NCBI GenBank assembly: GCA_902526795.1
Contig: CABZMF010000001.1
Location: forward strand, 350,622-414,621
Length of the DNA: 64,000 bases
Reading direction: 5' to 3'
DNA from: an uncultured Fidelibacterota bacterium
GTDB taxonomy: Bacteria; Fidelibacterota; Marinisomatia; Marinisomatales; Marinisomataceae
Every line of letters begins with the position of its first letter. Within the stretch, counting starts at the first letter, position 1. A model generated the notes under the pieces. It saw only the letters and a program-made list of their open reading frames with translations, had not been told where the DNA came from and made no database searches. The translations under genes were made by a program, and so were the position numbers. Positions 48,918 to 59,134 of this stretch are shown here, piece by piece.

Positions 48918-50399
48918 ATGAAAAATAAATTAACAAAAAAAGATTTTAATTTGCTTGCAAAAGATGGAAGAAAGGTTGTTCCTTTTTTCAAAAGAATAAT
49001 AGCAGATACTATTACACCTATTGCAGCTTGGGCGAATTTATCAATGCATTCCCATTATGGATTCATTCTTGAATCCGTTGAGAAGGCAAAGAAAAATGGT
49101 AGATATTCTTATGTTGGTATAAATCCATCAAGGGTTTTTGAATATGAGCAGAAGACTTTATTTGAGGTTGTAAATGGTGAGCGAAAAAAGATAAATGCTA
49201 ATTTATTTGATTTTTTAAAAAATTTAAATGATTCATATAAAAGTCAAAAACTGGATCATCTTCCACATTTTACAGGAGGTATTGTTGGTTATTTTGGATA
49301 TGAAATGATTGACTTTTTTGAAAATGTTCCAGTAAAAAAAACCAAATATTTACAGATACCTGATTCAAAATTTATGCTTTTTGAAGACATTATTGTTTTT
49401 GATCATTTAAATGGTGATGCTATAGTAGTATCAAACATCACTCTTAACAGAGATGAAAATTTAAGTGTTCTTTTCGATGAAGCTAATTCAAGAGTTGATT
49501 CTATTGGAAATTTACTACATTCAAATCATGAATTTAGAACTCCACTAGTAACAAAATCATTTCCTACAACCTCTAACTTTAAAAAGAGTGAATTTGAGAA
49601 AATTGTAAATAAAGCAAAAAATTATGTTAAGTCTGGCGATATTTTTCAAGTTGTCTTAAGTCAAAGATTTGAACGTAAAACCTTGTCAGAACCTTTGAAT
49701 GTTTACAGAGCATTAAGGTCTATTAACCCTTCACCATATATGTTCCATTTGAAAATTGATTCATTCGATGTTATAGGTGCTTCTCCTGAGCTTATGATAA
49801 AAGTACAAGAAGGTGAAGTTGAAATTCGTCCAATTGCTGGTACTAGATTGAGAGGTAAAAATTCTGTTGAGGACAAAAAAAATGCTCAAGATTTGTTAAA
49901 TGACAAAAAGGAGTTAGCTGAACACTTAATGTTACTTGATTTAGGAAGAAATGATGTCGGAAAAGTTTCTGAATTCGATAGCGTTAAAATTAAAGAAAAA
50001 ATGAATATAGAGATGTATTCACATGTTATGCATATTGTTTCAGATGTTAGAGGAAAACTTATGAAAGATAAAAATATTTTTGATGCTTTAAAAAGTGGTT
50101 TTCCTGCTGGGACAGTTTCAGGAGCACCAAAAATTAGAGCAATGGAGATAATTAATGAATTAGAAAATGATAGTAGAGGTGTTTTTTCAGGAGCTATTGG
50201 TTTTATAGATTTTAATGGGAATTTAAACACTTGCATTTCAATAAGAACTATGATTTTAAAGGACGGAATTGCATACTTTCAAGCTGGAGCTGGTATTGTT
50301 TATGATTCTATTTCATCAAAAGAGTATGACGAAACTGTAAATAAAGCAAAAGTCATGAATGCTGCAATTGATCTTGCTGAAAATGGGTTGATTAAATGA
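48918..50399 (+). CDS. trpE: Anthranilate synthase component I
   Basis: ILES, GRYS, GDIFQVV, NPSPYM, ASPE, PIAGT, EHxMLxDLGRND, GTVSGAPK. Confidence 0.96.
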   Translation: MKNKLTKKDFNLLAKDGRKVVPFFKRIIADTITPIAAWANLSMHSHYGFILESVEKAKKNGRYSYVGINPSRVFEYEQKTLFEVVNGERKKINANLFDFLKNLNDSYKSQKLDHLPHFTGGIVGYFGYEMIDFFENVPVKKTKYLQIPDSKFMLFEDIIVFDHLNGDAIVVSNITLNRDENLSVLFDEANSRVDSIGNLLHSNHEFRTPLVTKSFPTTSNFKKSEFEKIVNKAKNYVKSGDIFQVVLSQRFERKTLSEPLNVYRALRSINPSPYMFHLKIDSFDVIGASPELMIKVQEGEVEIRPIAGTRLRGKNSVEDKKNAQDLLNDKKELAEHLMLLDLGRNDVGKVSEFDSVKIKEKMNIEMYSHVMHIVSDVRGKLMKDKNIFDALKSGFPAGTVSGAPKIRAMEIINELENDSRGVFSGAIGFIDFNGNLNTCISIRTMILKDGIAYFQAGAGIVYDSISSKEYDETVNKAKVMNAAIDLAENGLIK

Positions 50400-50959
50400 T
50401 ACTTGTTATTGATAACTACGATAGCTTTACTTACAATCTTGTGCAATATATTGGTGATATAAAGAAAGATATTGTTACCAAAAGAAATGATGAAACATCC
50501 TTAAAAAACATCAAAGAAATTAATCCTTCCCATATAGTTATTTCTCCTGGACCTGGAAGACCTGAAAATTCAGGAAATATTGTTGAAGTCATTCAACATT
50601 TTTATAAAAAAATTCCAATATTAGGTGTTTGTCTTGGACACCAGGCAATTGGATGTGCTTTTGGTGGTGAAATTGTTCAGGCAAAAAAAATTATGCATGG
50701 TAAGGTTTCAAATGTAAATCATTTTGGCTCAAAATTATTTAAAGGTATTAATGATAATTTCAATGCCACTAGATATCATTCACTGATTGTCGACAAAGCT
50801 TCTTTACCTACTTGCTTAAAGGTAATTGCTGAAACTGATAACAAAACCATTATGGGTCTTAAACACAAGACTTCAAATCTTTATGGAGTACAATTTCACC
50901 CTGAATCGATTGCTACAAAAGACGGAAAAGTCATAATTAAAAATTTTTTGGAGATATAA
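50396..50959 (+). CDS. trpG: Anthranilate synthase component II
   Basis: IDNYDSFTYNL, SPGPG, GVCLGHQ, RYHSL, QFHPES. Confidence 0.96.
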   Translation: MILVIDNYDSFTYNLVQYIGDIKKDIVTKRNDETSLKNIKEINPSHIVISPGPGRPENSGNIVEVIQHFYKKIPILGVCLGHQAIGCAFGGEIVQAKKIMHGKVSNVNHFGSKLFKGINDNFNATRYHSLIVDKASLPTCLKVIAETDNKTIMGLKHKTSNLYGVQFHPESIATKDGKVIIKNFLEI

Positions 50960-51955
50960 ATGATTGATTTAATAAAAAAGGTTGTAAAAAAAGAAAACTT
51001 AAATGAAAAAGAAGCTTTTGAAATTATGTTTGATTTAATGAAAGGAAATTTAGATGATATTCAAATTACAGCTTTATTAGTTGGTTTAAGGTCAAAAGGA
51101 GAAACAGTTGATGAAATCACTGGTTTTGCTAAAGCAATGCGAAAAACTATGATTGGATTAAATCTTGATTTTCCTGCTATTGATATGTGTGGTACTGGTG
51201 GAGATTATTCTGGAACATTCAATATTTCAACTGCATCATCAATAGTTGTAGCTGGAGCAGGAATAAAGGTAGCCAAGCACGGTAATAGATCTATGACATC
51301 AAAGTCAGGTTCAGCTGATGTTCTTGAAGCATTAAACGTGGATATAAATAAATCAATTGAAAACTGTATTCGAAGTTTAGAAAAAAATAATATCTGTTTT
51401 ATGTTTGCTCCGAATTTCCATCCAGCTGTAAAAAATGCTATGAATGTTAGAAGTACGTTAAAAATTAAAACAGTTTTCAATATTTTAGGACCATTATGTA
51501 ATCCTGCAAATGTTAAAAATCAGGCAATGGGAGTGTTTGAACCATCATTGACTGAAATTCAAGCAAAAGTTTTAAAAAATTTAGGTTCAAAAAATGTTAT
51601 GGTTTTTAATGGAGATGATGGTCTTGATGAGCTAACTACAACTTGTGATTCTAATATTACTTACTTTTTAAATGATAGTAAAATTGTCAACCTCAAATTT
51701 GATCCAAAGTCCGTAGGAATTTCACTATCAAAACTTGAAAATTTAAAGGGTGGTACTTCAAATATTAATGCAAAAATTATTTTGGATATTTTAAATGGAA
51801 AAAAAGGTCCTAACAGAGATATAGTTTTGCTAAATGCTGCTGCAGGAATTATGGTTGGAGGTAAAGCAAAATCTATAAAAGAAGGTTATTTTATAGCAGA
51901 AGAATCAGTTGATTCCTTGTCGGCTCTAAAGGTACTTAAAGGTATACAAAAGTGA
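50960..51955 (+). CDS. trpD: Anthranilate phosphoribosyltransferase
   Basis: CGTGGD, NIST, KHGNR, GSAD, GLDE. Confidence 0.97.
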   Translation: MIDLIKKVVKKENLNEKEAFEIMFDLMKGNLDDIQITALLVGLRSKGETVDEITGFAKAMRKTMIGLNLDFPAIDMCGTGGDYSGTFNISTASSIVVAGAGIKVAKHGNRSMTSKSGSADVLEALNVDINKSIENCIRSLEKNNICFMFAPNFHPAVKNAMNVRSTLKIKTVFNILGPLCNPANVKNQAMGVFEPSLTEIQAKVLKNLGSKNVMVFNGDDGLDELTTTCDSNITYFLNDSKIVNLKFDPKSVGISLSKLENLKGGTSNINAKIILDILNGKKGPNRDIVLLNAAAGIMVGGKAKSIKEGYFIAEESVDSLSALKVLKGIQK

Positions 51956-52710
51956 ATATTCTAGATAAAATTTTGAGTCATAAAAAGACAGAAATTGAGA
52001 AAATTCCTGAAATACATTTTGAAAGCTCCAACTTTAAAAGACTCAGTTTAAAAAAAGCTTTAAAAGGAGGCAAAATATCTATTATTGCAGAAATAAAATT
52101 TGCATCACCCAGTGAAGGGATAATTCTTAAAAAGGGTCAACACATTCAAATTGCTAAAGATTATGAAAATGCTGGTGCTGCAGCTATTTCTGTTCTTACT
52201 GATAGAAGATTTTTTAATGGTGATATTAAATTTTTAAAGGACATTAAAAACGCAGTGAACATTCCTGTAATGCAAAAAGATTTTATCATAAGTAAAAAAC
52301 AAATTTTTCAAGGAATGAGCCATGGTTCTGATGCTTTTCTATTAATTACTGAAGCCTTGAACTATAATGACTTGATAGACCTATATAACCTTGGATTAAC
52401 TGAGAAATTGGAATCATTAGTAGAAATTCATGATAGAGAAAATCTTTTAAATATTAATGAGCTTAATCCAATGATCGTGGGTGTTAATTGTAGAAATTTA
52501 AAAAAAATGGAACTTGATTTTTCAAGATTTGAAAGATTTTATCCAAAACTCCCTAAGGATTCGCTTAAGGTTGCAGAAAGTGGTTTTAAAAGTACCAAAA
52601 GAATAAAAATTGTTGAACAACTGGGATATGATGCCATACTTATGGGGACGACTTTGATGAAAAGTAAAAATCCTGGAAAAAAACTAGAAAGAATTATCAA
52701 AGAGTTATGA
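51952..52710 (+). CDS. trpC: Indole-3-glycerol phosphate synthase
   Basis: IAEIKxASPSxG, ISVLTD, KDF, GVNxRNL, AESG. Confidence 0.95.
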   Translation: MNILDKILSHKKTEIEKIPEIHFESSNFKRLSLKKALKGGKISIIAEIKFASPSEGIILKKGQHIQIAKDYENAGAAAISVLTDRRFFNGDIKFLKDIKNAVNIPVMQKDFIISKKQIFQGMSHGSDAFLLITEALNYNDLIDLYNLGLTEKLESLVEIHDRENLLNINELNPMIVGVNCRNLKKMELDFSRFERFYPKLPKDSLKVAESGFKSTKRIKIVEQLGYDAILMGTTLMKSKNPGKKLERIIKEL

Positions 52711-53339
52711 TAGGCTTCAAAATTTGTGGTATAACTAATTACAAAGATGCTTTACATGCTCAAACTGCAGGAGCATCTGCTATTGGCATGATATTTTATG
52801 ATAAAAGCCCAAGGTTTATTGAAATTGAAAATGCAAAGAAAATAATTAGATACACTTCAGGAATAAAAAAAGTTGGAGTTTTTGTAAATGAGAATAAAAA
52901 TATTATTAATGATGTTATAAATGAATTAAATCTTGATGCAATTCAGCTACATGGAGATGAAACACCCGAATTTTGTAACAATTTTAATATTCCAGTTATT
53001 AAAGCCTTATCTGTTTCAAAAAAAAGTGATTTAAATATTATTAATAATTATAATGTACACGCAATCCTCCTTGATAATAAAATAAATGATCAATTTGGAG
53101 GAACTGGTAAAATCTTTAATTGGAAAATAATTGAAAATGCACAATTCAATCTCCCAATTATTTTATCTGGAGGGTTGAATAAGGAAAATATTTTAGATGG
53201 TATTTATCAAATTAATCCTCATGCAGTTGACATAAATAGTGGTGTCGAAAAAAGTCCTGGATTGAAAAGTAAATCGAAAATCTTAAGGATTGTAAAAATT
53301 TTAAAAAAAACAAAAAAAAAGGAGTTTAGTTTTGGATAG
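52707..53339 (+). CDS. trpF: Phosphoribosylanthranilate isomerase
   Basis: KICG, SPR, QLHGDE, GGTG, SGGL, DINSGVE. Confidence 0.95.
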   Translation: MIGFKICGITNYKDALHAQTAGASAIGMIFYDKSPRFIEIENAKKIIRYTSGIKKVGVFVNENKNIINDVINELNLDAIQLHGDETPEFCNNFNIPVIKALSVSKKSDLNIINNYNVHAILLDNKINDQFGGTGKIFNWKIIENAQFNLPIILSGGLNKENILDGIYQINPHAVDINSGVEKSPGLKSKSKILRIVKILKKTKKKEFSFG

Positions 53340-54540
53340 TTTAGTAAAAAAGTACAGTATGCCTGATAAAAATGGTCATTTTGAAGAATTTGGTGGAAAA
53401 TATGTTCCTGAAACTCTAATTCCAGCATTGGACGAATTAGAGCAGGAGTACTTAAAGTGTAAAAACGATAAAGATTTTAAAAAAGAATTCTTTAATTTGC
53501 TCAAACATTACGGAGGTAGACCAACTCCATTATACTTAGCTAAAAATATTTCTAAAGAACTAGGTTTTCATGTATGGCTAAAAAGGGAAGATTTAAATCA
53601 TACAGGTGCACACAAAATTAATAATGCCCTTGGACAAATTTTATTAGCTCATAGAATGGGAAAAAAGAGAATCATTGCTGAAACAGGAGCAGGACAACAT
53701 GGTGTGGCAACTGCAGCCGTTGCTGCTAAATTTGGTTTAGAATGTATTGTTTACATGGGAGAGGAAGATATTGAGCGTCAAAAGCTCAATGTGTTCAAAA
53801 TTAACTTAATGGGGGCAAAAGTAATTCCAGTCACATCTGGATCTAAAACTTTAAAAGATGCTACAAATGAAGCAATAAGGGATTGGGTAACAAATGTAGA
53901 AAATACATTTTATATTATTGGTTCTTCTGTTGGACCTCATCCATATCCAATGCTGGTCCGTGATTTTCAATCTGTAATTGGTACTGAAACAAAAAAACAA
54001 TTTAAAGATATAACAAATAATGAATTACCTGACAGGCTTGTAGCATGTGTTGGAGGTGGATCTAATGCTCTTGGTTTATTTTATCCTTTTATTGACGACG
54101 ATGTAAAAATAGTAGGAGTTGAAGCTGCAGGAAAAGGGATTGATACCAATCAACATGCTGCCACCCTTACAAAGGGAGAGTTTGGTGTGTTGCATGGTGC
54201 AGCATCAATGTTACTCCAAAGTATTGATGGTCAAGTTGCTTTACCATATTCCTTATCTGCAGGTTTAGATTATCCAGGAATTGGTCCAGAGCATAGTTAT
54301 CTTCAAAAAACTAAAAGAGTTGAGTATTCATCAGCAACTGATAACGAAGCGCTAGAAGCGTTTAAGTGGTTATCAGAAAAAGAGGGAATTATTCCAGCTT
54401 TAGAAACTGCACACGCTGTTGCTTACTTAAAAAATAAAAAAAATAATATCAAAAAAAATGAACATGTTATTTTGAATTTATCTGGAAGAGGAGATAAAGA
54501 TATAAATACTATAGCAAAGGAATTAGGTATTGAATTATGA
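53332..54540 (+). CDS. trpB: Tryptophan synthase beta
   Basis: HTGAHKINN (PLP Lys), [29 protein letters not shown]. Confidence 0.98.
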   Translation: MDSLVKKYSMPDKNGHFEEFGGKYVPETLIPALDELEQEYLKCKNDKDFKKEFFNLLKHYGGRPTPLYLAKNISKELGFHVWLKREDLNHTGAHKINNALGQILLAHRMGKKRIIAETGAGQHGVATAAVAAKFGLECIVYMGEEDIERQKLNVFKINLMGAKVIPVTSGSKTLKDATNEAIRDWVTNVENTFYIIGSSVGPHPYPMLVRDFQSVIGTETKKQFKDITNNELPDRLVACVGGGSNALGLFYPFIDDDVKIVGVEAAGKGIDTNQHAATLTKGEFGVLHGAASMLLQSIDGQVALPYSLSAGLDYPGIGPEHSYLQKTKRVEYSSATDNEALEAFKWLSEKEGIIPALETAHAVAYLKNKKNNIKKNEHVILNLSGRGDKDINTIAKELGIEL

Positions 54541-55298
54541 ATAGAATAAAAGAACTTTTTTCAAAAGATTCTAAAAAATTAATTGTATTTATCACTGCAG
54601 GTTTTCCAAATAAGGACAGCACGAAGGATTTAGTTATGGAAGCTATAAAAGGTGGTGCTGATATGATTGAGATAGGTATTCCTTTTTCAGATCCGCAAGC
54701 AGATGGTCCAGTTATTCAAGCAGCAAATGAAATCGCTTTGAAAAATGGGATTACTCTTCTTGAAATTTTTGAACAGGTGAAAGAGATAAGAAGCCAAACT
54801 GATATCCCTATTGCGCTTATGGGTTATTATAATCCAATTCTAAAAATGGGTACAATGGATTTCATAAAAAAATGCAATGATGCGGAAATAGATGGGGTTA
54901 TTCTTCCAGATTTACCCCTTGACGAATCAGTAGAATTTTGTAATAATTTGAAGGATAAAAATATATCTCCAATACTTTTAGTAGCACCAAATACTTCAAA
55001 AGAAAGAATTAAGAAGATTTCTAATCTTGCAGGTGAACTCATTTATGCAGTAAGTATTTTAGGTATTACGGGGAATGATCTTAGTTCAAAAAATAATTTG
55101 GAAAACTATTTAGCAAAAGTAAAAGAAAATAGTGAAACACCATTTATGGTAGGTTTTGGTATAAGTTCGAATAAGGATGTTAAATGGTTTAATAATTTTT
55201 CAGATGGGGCTGTTGTTGGATCTGCAATTATAAAAAAAGTACTAAAAGATAGAAAAAAGGGTGTTGTTGAAAATTTTGTAAAAAATCTTAAAAAATAA
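54537..55298 (+). CDS. trpA: Tryptophan synthase alpha
   Basis: [17 protein letters not shown], MGYYNP, PDLP, GITG, GFGI, VVGSA. Confidence 0.97.
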   Translation: MNRIKELFSKDSKKLIVFITAGFPNKDSTKDLVMEAIKGGADMIEIGIPFSDPQADGPVIQAANEIALKNGITLLEIFEQVKEIRSQTDIPIALMGYYNPILKMGTMDFIKKCNDAEIDGVILPDLPLDESVEFCNNLKDKNISPILLVAPNTSKERIKKISNLAGELIYAVSILGITGNDLSSKNNLENYLAKVKENSETPFMVGFGISSNKDVKWFNNFSDGAVVGSAIIKKVLKDRKKGVVENFVKNLKK

Positions 55299-55339
55299 TT
55301 TTTGTTTTTCTATTAGATTTTTATCACTAATATGCTTTG

Positions 55340-55399
55340 ATGAAAAATTTTAACTACTATTATTTCTATTTTAGATGCAAGGGGACTATAGGCGCCTGA
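55340..55399 (+). CDS. Tyr/Phe-rich attenuator leader peptide MKNFNYYYFYFRCKGTIGA
   Basis: 7 of codons 4-11 are Tyr or Phe; lies upstream of a terminator and the shikimate/Phe/Tyr operon; TAATAT 6 nt before the ATG. Confidence 0.9.
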   Translation: MKNFNYYYFYFRCKGTIGA

Positions 55400-55425
55400 T
55401 AGAATAATTATATCACAAACTATAG

Positions 55426-55458
55426 AAACCCTAGCAGAAAATGTTAGGGTTTTTTTTT
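55426..55458 (+). terminator. aro/phe/tyr attenuator intrinsic terminator
   Basis: AAACCCTAGCA-GAAAA-TGTTAGGGTTT stem-loop (one G:U) with T9 run, immediately followed by GGAGG SD. Confidence 0.92.
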
Positions 55459-55467
55459 GGAGGAATT

Positions 55468-55731
55468 ATGATCGAAATAAATGAAGAAAGAAAAAATATT
55501 GATAATATTGATGACATGGTTTTTGATCTTTTAGTAGAAAGGTTAGATCCTGTTATGAAAATTGGTGAAATAAAATCTAAAAATAACTTACCAATCGAAG
55601 ATTCAAAAAGAGAAAATTCTATCTACGCTAAAATAGATGCAAAATTTTCTGAAAAAGAAGCAAAATATTTAAAGGAAATATACCACAGTGTAATTTCTGC
55701 TTCTAAAAAAGTTGAAGGGAATGAATTATGA
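55468..55731 (+). CDS. Stand-alone chorismate mutase (AroQ class, 87 aa)
   Basis: RxxIDxxD..LLxxR...IGxxK..D.xRE; GGAGG SD at 55459 fixes the start at 55468. Confidence 0.9.
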   Translation: MIEINEERKNIDNIDDMVFDLLVERLDPVMKIGEIKSKNNLPIEDSKRENSIYAKIDAKFSEKEAKYLKEIYHSVISASKKVEGNEL

Positions 55732-57068
55732 GTAAGTGGACTAAAAATTCTTGGGAAAATTTTACTGTTAAACATATTCCTGAATACAAAGATAAAAGTG
55801 CTTTAAAAAAAGCATTAAAAAAAATTGAAAAGTTTCCTCCATTAGTTTTTGCTGGTGAATGCAATAGTCTCAAAGATAAACTTGCTTTAGCAGTTGAAGG
55901 AAAAGCTTTTCTAATTCAAGGTGGAGATTGTGCTGAAAGTTTTAAGGAATTTAATGCCAATAACATTAGAGACACTTTTAGAGTCATTTTACAAATGAGT
56001 GCTATTTTTACCGCAAAAATGAAGGTTCCTGTAATTAAAGTGGGAAGAATTGCAGGTCAATTTGCTAAGCCTAGATCTTCAGACTTTGAAACAGTTGACG
56101 ATAAAACATTACCCAGTTATTTTGGTGATTCGATTAATAGTATTGAATTTTCAGAAGAAAAAAGAGAACCTAATCCTTCAAGGCTTTTAAGAGCATATTC
56201 ACAATCAGCATCTACACTTAATCTAATTAGATCTTTTGCCCAAGGAGGGTTTGCAAATCTAAGAAAAGTAAATTCTTGGAATATGGGTTTCGTTAAAGCT
56301 ACACCAGAGGGAAAAAAATATGAAAAAATAGCTAACCAAATAAATGAATATCTAGATTTTATTGAGGCAATTGGAGTCAATACCTCTTCTGTTGATTATT
56401 TAAATTCCGTTGATTTCTACACTAGCCATGAAGCATTACATTTACCATTTGAATCTGCATTAACAAGAACTGATTCAATTTCTGGTATGACCTTTGCTAC
56501 ATCAGCGCATATGGTATGGATTGGTGATAGAACTAGATTTGTTGACAGCGCCCATGTTGAATATTGTGCTGGAATTAATAATCCTATTGGAATCAAGTGT
56601 GGTCCTAGTCTTGATCCTGAAGAGCTTATAAAGATTATTGATAAAATAAATCCAAACAATGAGCCTGGAAAAATATCTCTAATTTTTAGATATGGTGAAA
56701 ATAAAGTCCATGAAAATTTACCCGGATTAATTGACATCATAAAAAAGCATAGAAAAAAAGTTCTATGGATTTCAGACTCAATGCATGGTAATACTGTAAA
56801 ATCCTCTTCAGGATTAAAAACTAGAGATTTTAGTGCTTTATTAAATGAAACCACAACAGCGATAAAAATTTTAAGAGATAAAGGTTGTCATTTAGGAGGA
56901 ATTCACTTAGAAATGACTGGACAAAATGTTACTGAATGTACAGGTGGAATTTATAAGCTTAGTGATGATGATCTTAATTCAAGATATCATACTCATTGTG
57001 ACCCAAGACTTAATGCAAATCAAGCATTAGAACTTTCTTTTAATATAGCAGAGGAACTAAAAAAATAA
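55728..57068 (+). CDS. Class II (plant/actinobacterial type) DAHP synthase
   Basis: QGGDCAE, GRIAGQFAKPRS, WIGDRTR, GIKCGP, MHGNT, HLEMTG, CDPRLN. Confidence 0.96.
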   Translation: MSKWTKNSWENFTVKHIPEYKDKSALKKALKKIEKFPPLVFAGECNSLKDKLALAVEGKAFLIQGGDCAESFKEFNANNIRDTFRVILQMSAIFTAKMKVPVIKVGRIAGQFAKPRSSDFETVDDKTLPSYFGDSINSIEFSEEKREPNPSRLLRAYSQSASTLNLIRSFAQGGFANLRKVNSWNMGFVKATPEGKKYEKIANQINEYLDFIEAIGVNTSSVDYLNSVDFYTSHEALHLPFESALTRTDSISGMTFATSAHMVWIGDRTRFVDSAHVEYCAGINNPIGIKCGPSLDPEELIKIIDKINPNNEPGKISLIFRYGENKVHENLPGLIDIIKKHRKKVLWISDSMHGNTVKSSSGLKTRDFSALLNETTTAIKILRDKGCHLGGIHLEMTGQNVTECTGGIYKLSDDDLNSRYHTHCDPRLNANQALELSFNIAEELKK

Positions 57069-58319
57069 ATGAAATTTGTTGGAACATTACAACTTCCAGG
57101 TGATAAATCTATTTCACATAGGGCTATTATGCTTTCAGCAATTGCAGATGGAGTAAGTTATGTAAGAAATTTAAATGATGGAGCGGACTTACAATCAACG
57201 ATTAACATTTTAAAACAATGTGGTGCCTCAATTGAGCAAAGAAATAATGAAATAATAATAGATGGAAAAGAACTTCAATCTCCTACAAAAGAACTTGATT
57301 GCGGTAATTCAGGAACTACTACTCGACTCATTGCAGGGTTATTGGCCTCGCAAAAATTAACATTTTCATTAATTGGAGATGAATCATTATCTAAAAGACC
57401 AATGGAAAGAATTATTAGGCCTTTAAAAGAGATGGGATGTAAAATTTCTTCAAATAATGGATTATTACCTTTATCAATAGATGCTTCAGGCGGTATAAGT
57501 TCTTTAGATTTTGATATGAAAATTGCAAGTGCTCAAGTTAAATCGAGTATACTTTTTTCAGCTTTAGGTGGAAACAATGTATCCAGTATTAATGAAATTA
57601 TTCCGACAAGAAATCATTCAGAAATCATGTTAAATAACATGGGAGCATTAATAGAAAGAAAAGGAGATAAAATTGTAGTTCATCCTCTCAAATCAAAATT
57701 AAAATCTATTGACATTTCTGTCCCATCTGATCCTTCTTCTTCAGCTTTTTTTGCTGGTTTGGCCGTTATTAGTAATAATTCAAAATTAAAGTTAACAAAC
57801 GTATTACTAAATGAATCAAGAATAGGGTTTGTTGAGGTTCTAAAAAGAATGAATTGTTTGGTCAAAAAATCAAATGAGTCAATTCATAATGGTGAAAAAG
57901 TAGGAGATTTAACTTTCAGATCATCTAATCTTAAAGCAATAGAAGTCGAGTCTAAAATAATACCATCAATTATTGATGAAATACCAATTTTAGCAGTTAT
58001 TGCAGCTTTTGCAAAAGGAACAACGGTTTTCAATAATGTTGAAGAATTAAAATATAAAGAATGTGATAGATTAAGTGCAATTATACATAATCTAAAAGCT
58101 TTTGGAATTAAGACATATGAGAATAATAATAACTTATTTGTTGAAGGAGGAAGGATAAAAAAAATGGCTGAGATAACCACATTTGACGACCACAGAATTG
58201 CTATGGCCTTCACAATTTTAAGCCTTAATTCTTTCAAAAAGTATAAGCTTGATAACAAAAAATGTGTTGATATTTCATTACCAAATTTTTTTAAATATCT
58301 TGGTGAGGTAACCAAATGA
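57069..58319 (+). CDS. aroA: 3-phosphoshikimate 1-carboxyvinyltransferase
   Basis: PGDKSISHR, CGNSGTTxRL, SAQVKS, DEIP, KExDR, DHRIAM. Confidence 0.96.
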   Translation: MKFVGTLQLPGDKSISHRAIMLSAIADGVSYVRNLNDGADLQSTINILKQCGASIEQRNNEIIIDGKELQSPTKELDCGNSGTTTRLIAGLLASQKLTFSLIGDESLSKRPMERIIRPLKEMGCKISSNNGLLPLSIDASGGISSLDFDMKIASAQVKSSILFSALGGNNVSSINEIIPTRNHSEIMLNNMGALIERKGDKIVVHPLKSKLKSIDISVPSDPSSSAFFAGLAVISNNSKLKLTNVLLNESRIGFVEVLKRMNCLVKKSNESIHNGEKVGDLTFRSSNLKAIEVESKIIPSIIDEIPILAVIAAFAKGTTVFNNVEELKYKECDRLSAIIHNLKAFGIKTYENNNNLFVEGGRIKKMAEITTFDDHRIAMAFTILSLNSFKKYKLDNKKCVDISLPNFFKYLGEVTK

Positions 58320-59134
58320 GATTTGCTGTAATAGGAAACCCAATTGATAAAAGCTTAAGTCCACAGCTCCATGAAATACTTTATAAAAAATTAAATATTT
58401 TAAATTGCTCTTTCGAAAAAATTCTTATTGAAAATGATAAGTTAGATAATTTTTTTAATGATGATTTTGATTCATTTAATGGTATTAATGTTACTATACC
58501 ATTCAAAAGTAAAGTGGTAAAGTTTATAGATGTTATTGATGATGAGGCAAAAATCTTAGGAAATATAAATTGTATTTCAAAATCGAATAATAAGATTTTT
58601 GGATTTAATACTGATAAGTACGGTTTTGATATGTTGTTAATTAAAAATGATATAAATATTAGAGACAGAAGATGTATTATTTTTGGGGCAGGATCATCTG
58701 CGAAAACAGTAGTTAAATGTTTAATTGATAAAGGAGTCGATAAGATTATTATTAAAAATAGATCAATTAATAATGCTCGTAATCTTCAAAATTTTTCAAA
58801 TGAATTAGGCTTTAATAATATAGAACTATTTAATTCTGATCATTTAAATTTTGATATTGCAATTAATACTACTCCAATAGGAATGTATAAAGATGATATA
58901 AATAATTTTTTTGATATTTCATTAAATAAAAATACAATATTAATAGACCTAATATATACATCAAAAGAAACTCTATTTTTTAAAAATTTTGATAAATGCT
59001 CTCAAAAAATTAATGGCATTGATATGTTTATTTTTCAAGCTTTAAAGTCTATTGAAATTTGGAGAGAAACTAATTATAATTTGGATTCACAAATTGAATC
59101 CGTGAGAAAAAAATTGGAGAAAATAAAATGTTAA
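58316..59134 (+). CDS. aroE: Shikimate dehydrogenase
   Basis: GNPxxxSLSP, NVTIPFK, NTD, GAG, NR, NTTPIGM, DLIY. Confidence 0.93.
   Translation: MRFAVIGNPIDKSLSPQLHEILYKKLNILNCSFEKILIENDKLDNFFNDDFDSFNGINVTIPFKSKVVKFIDVIDDEAKILGNINCISKSNNKIFGFNTDKYGFDMLLIKNDINIRDRRCIIFGAGSSAKTVVKCLIDKGVDKIIIKNRSINNARNLQNFSNELGFNNIELFNSDHLNFDIAINTTPIGMYKDDINNFFDISLNKNTILIDLIYTSKETLFFKNFDKCSQKINGIDMFIFQALKSIEIWRETNYNLDSQIESVRKKLEKIKC

Noticed and set aside
55290-55312. Intrinsic terminator after trpA
   Set aside because: Only an A/T-paired stem, too weak to call
48799-55458. T-box or TRAP-type regulation of the aromatic operons
   Set aside because: Leaders are too short for a T-box, with no T-box consensus or (G/U)AG repeats; codon-rich leader peptides explain the structure
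55441-55467. ORF-track start of chorismate mutase (MLGFFFGGI extension)
   Set aside because: It lies in the terminator stem and U-tract; the GGAGG SD points to ATG 55468
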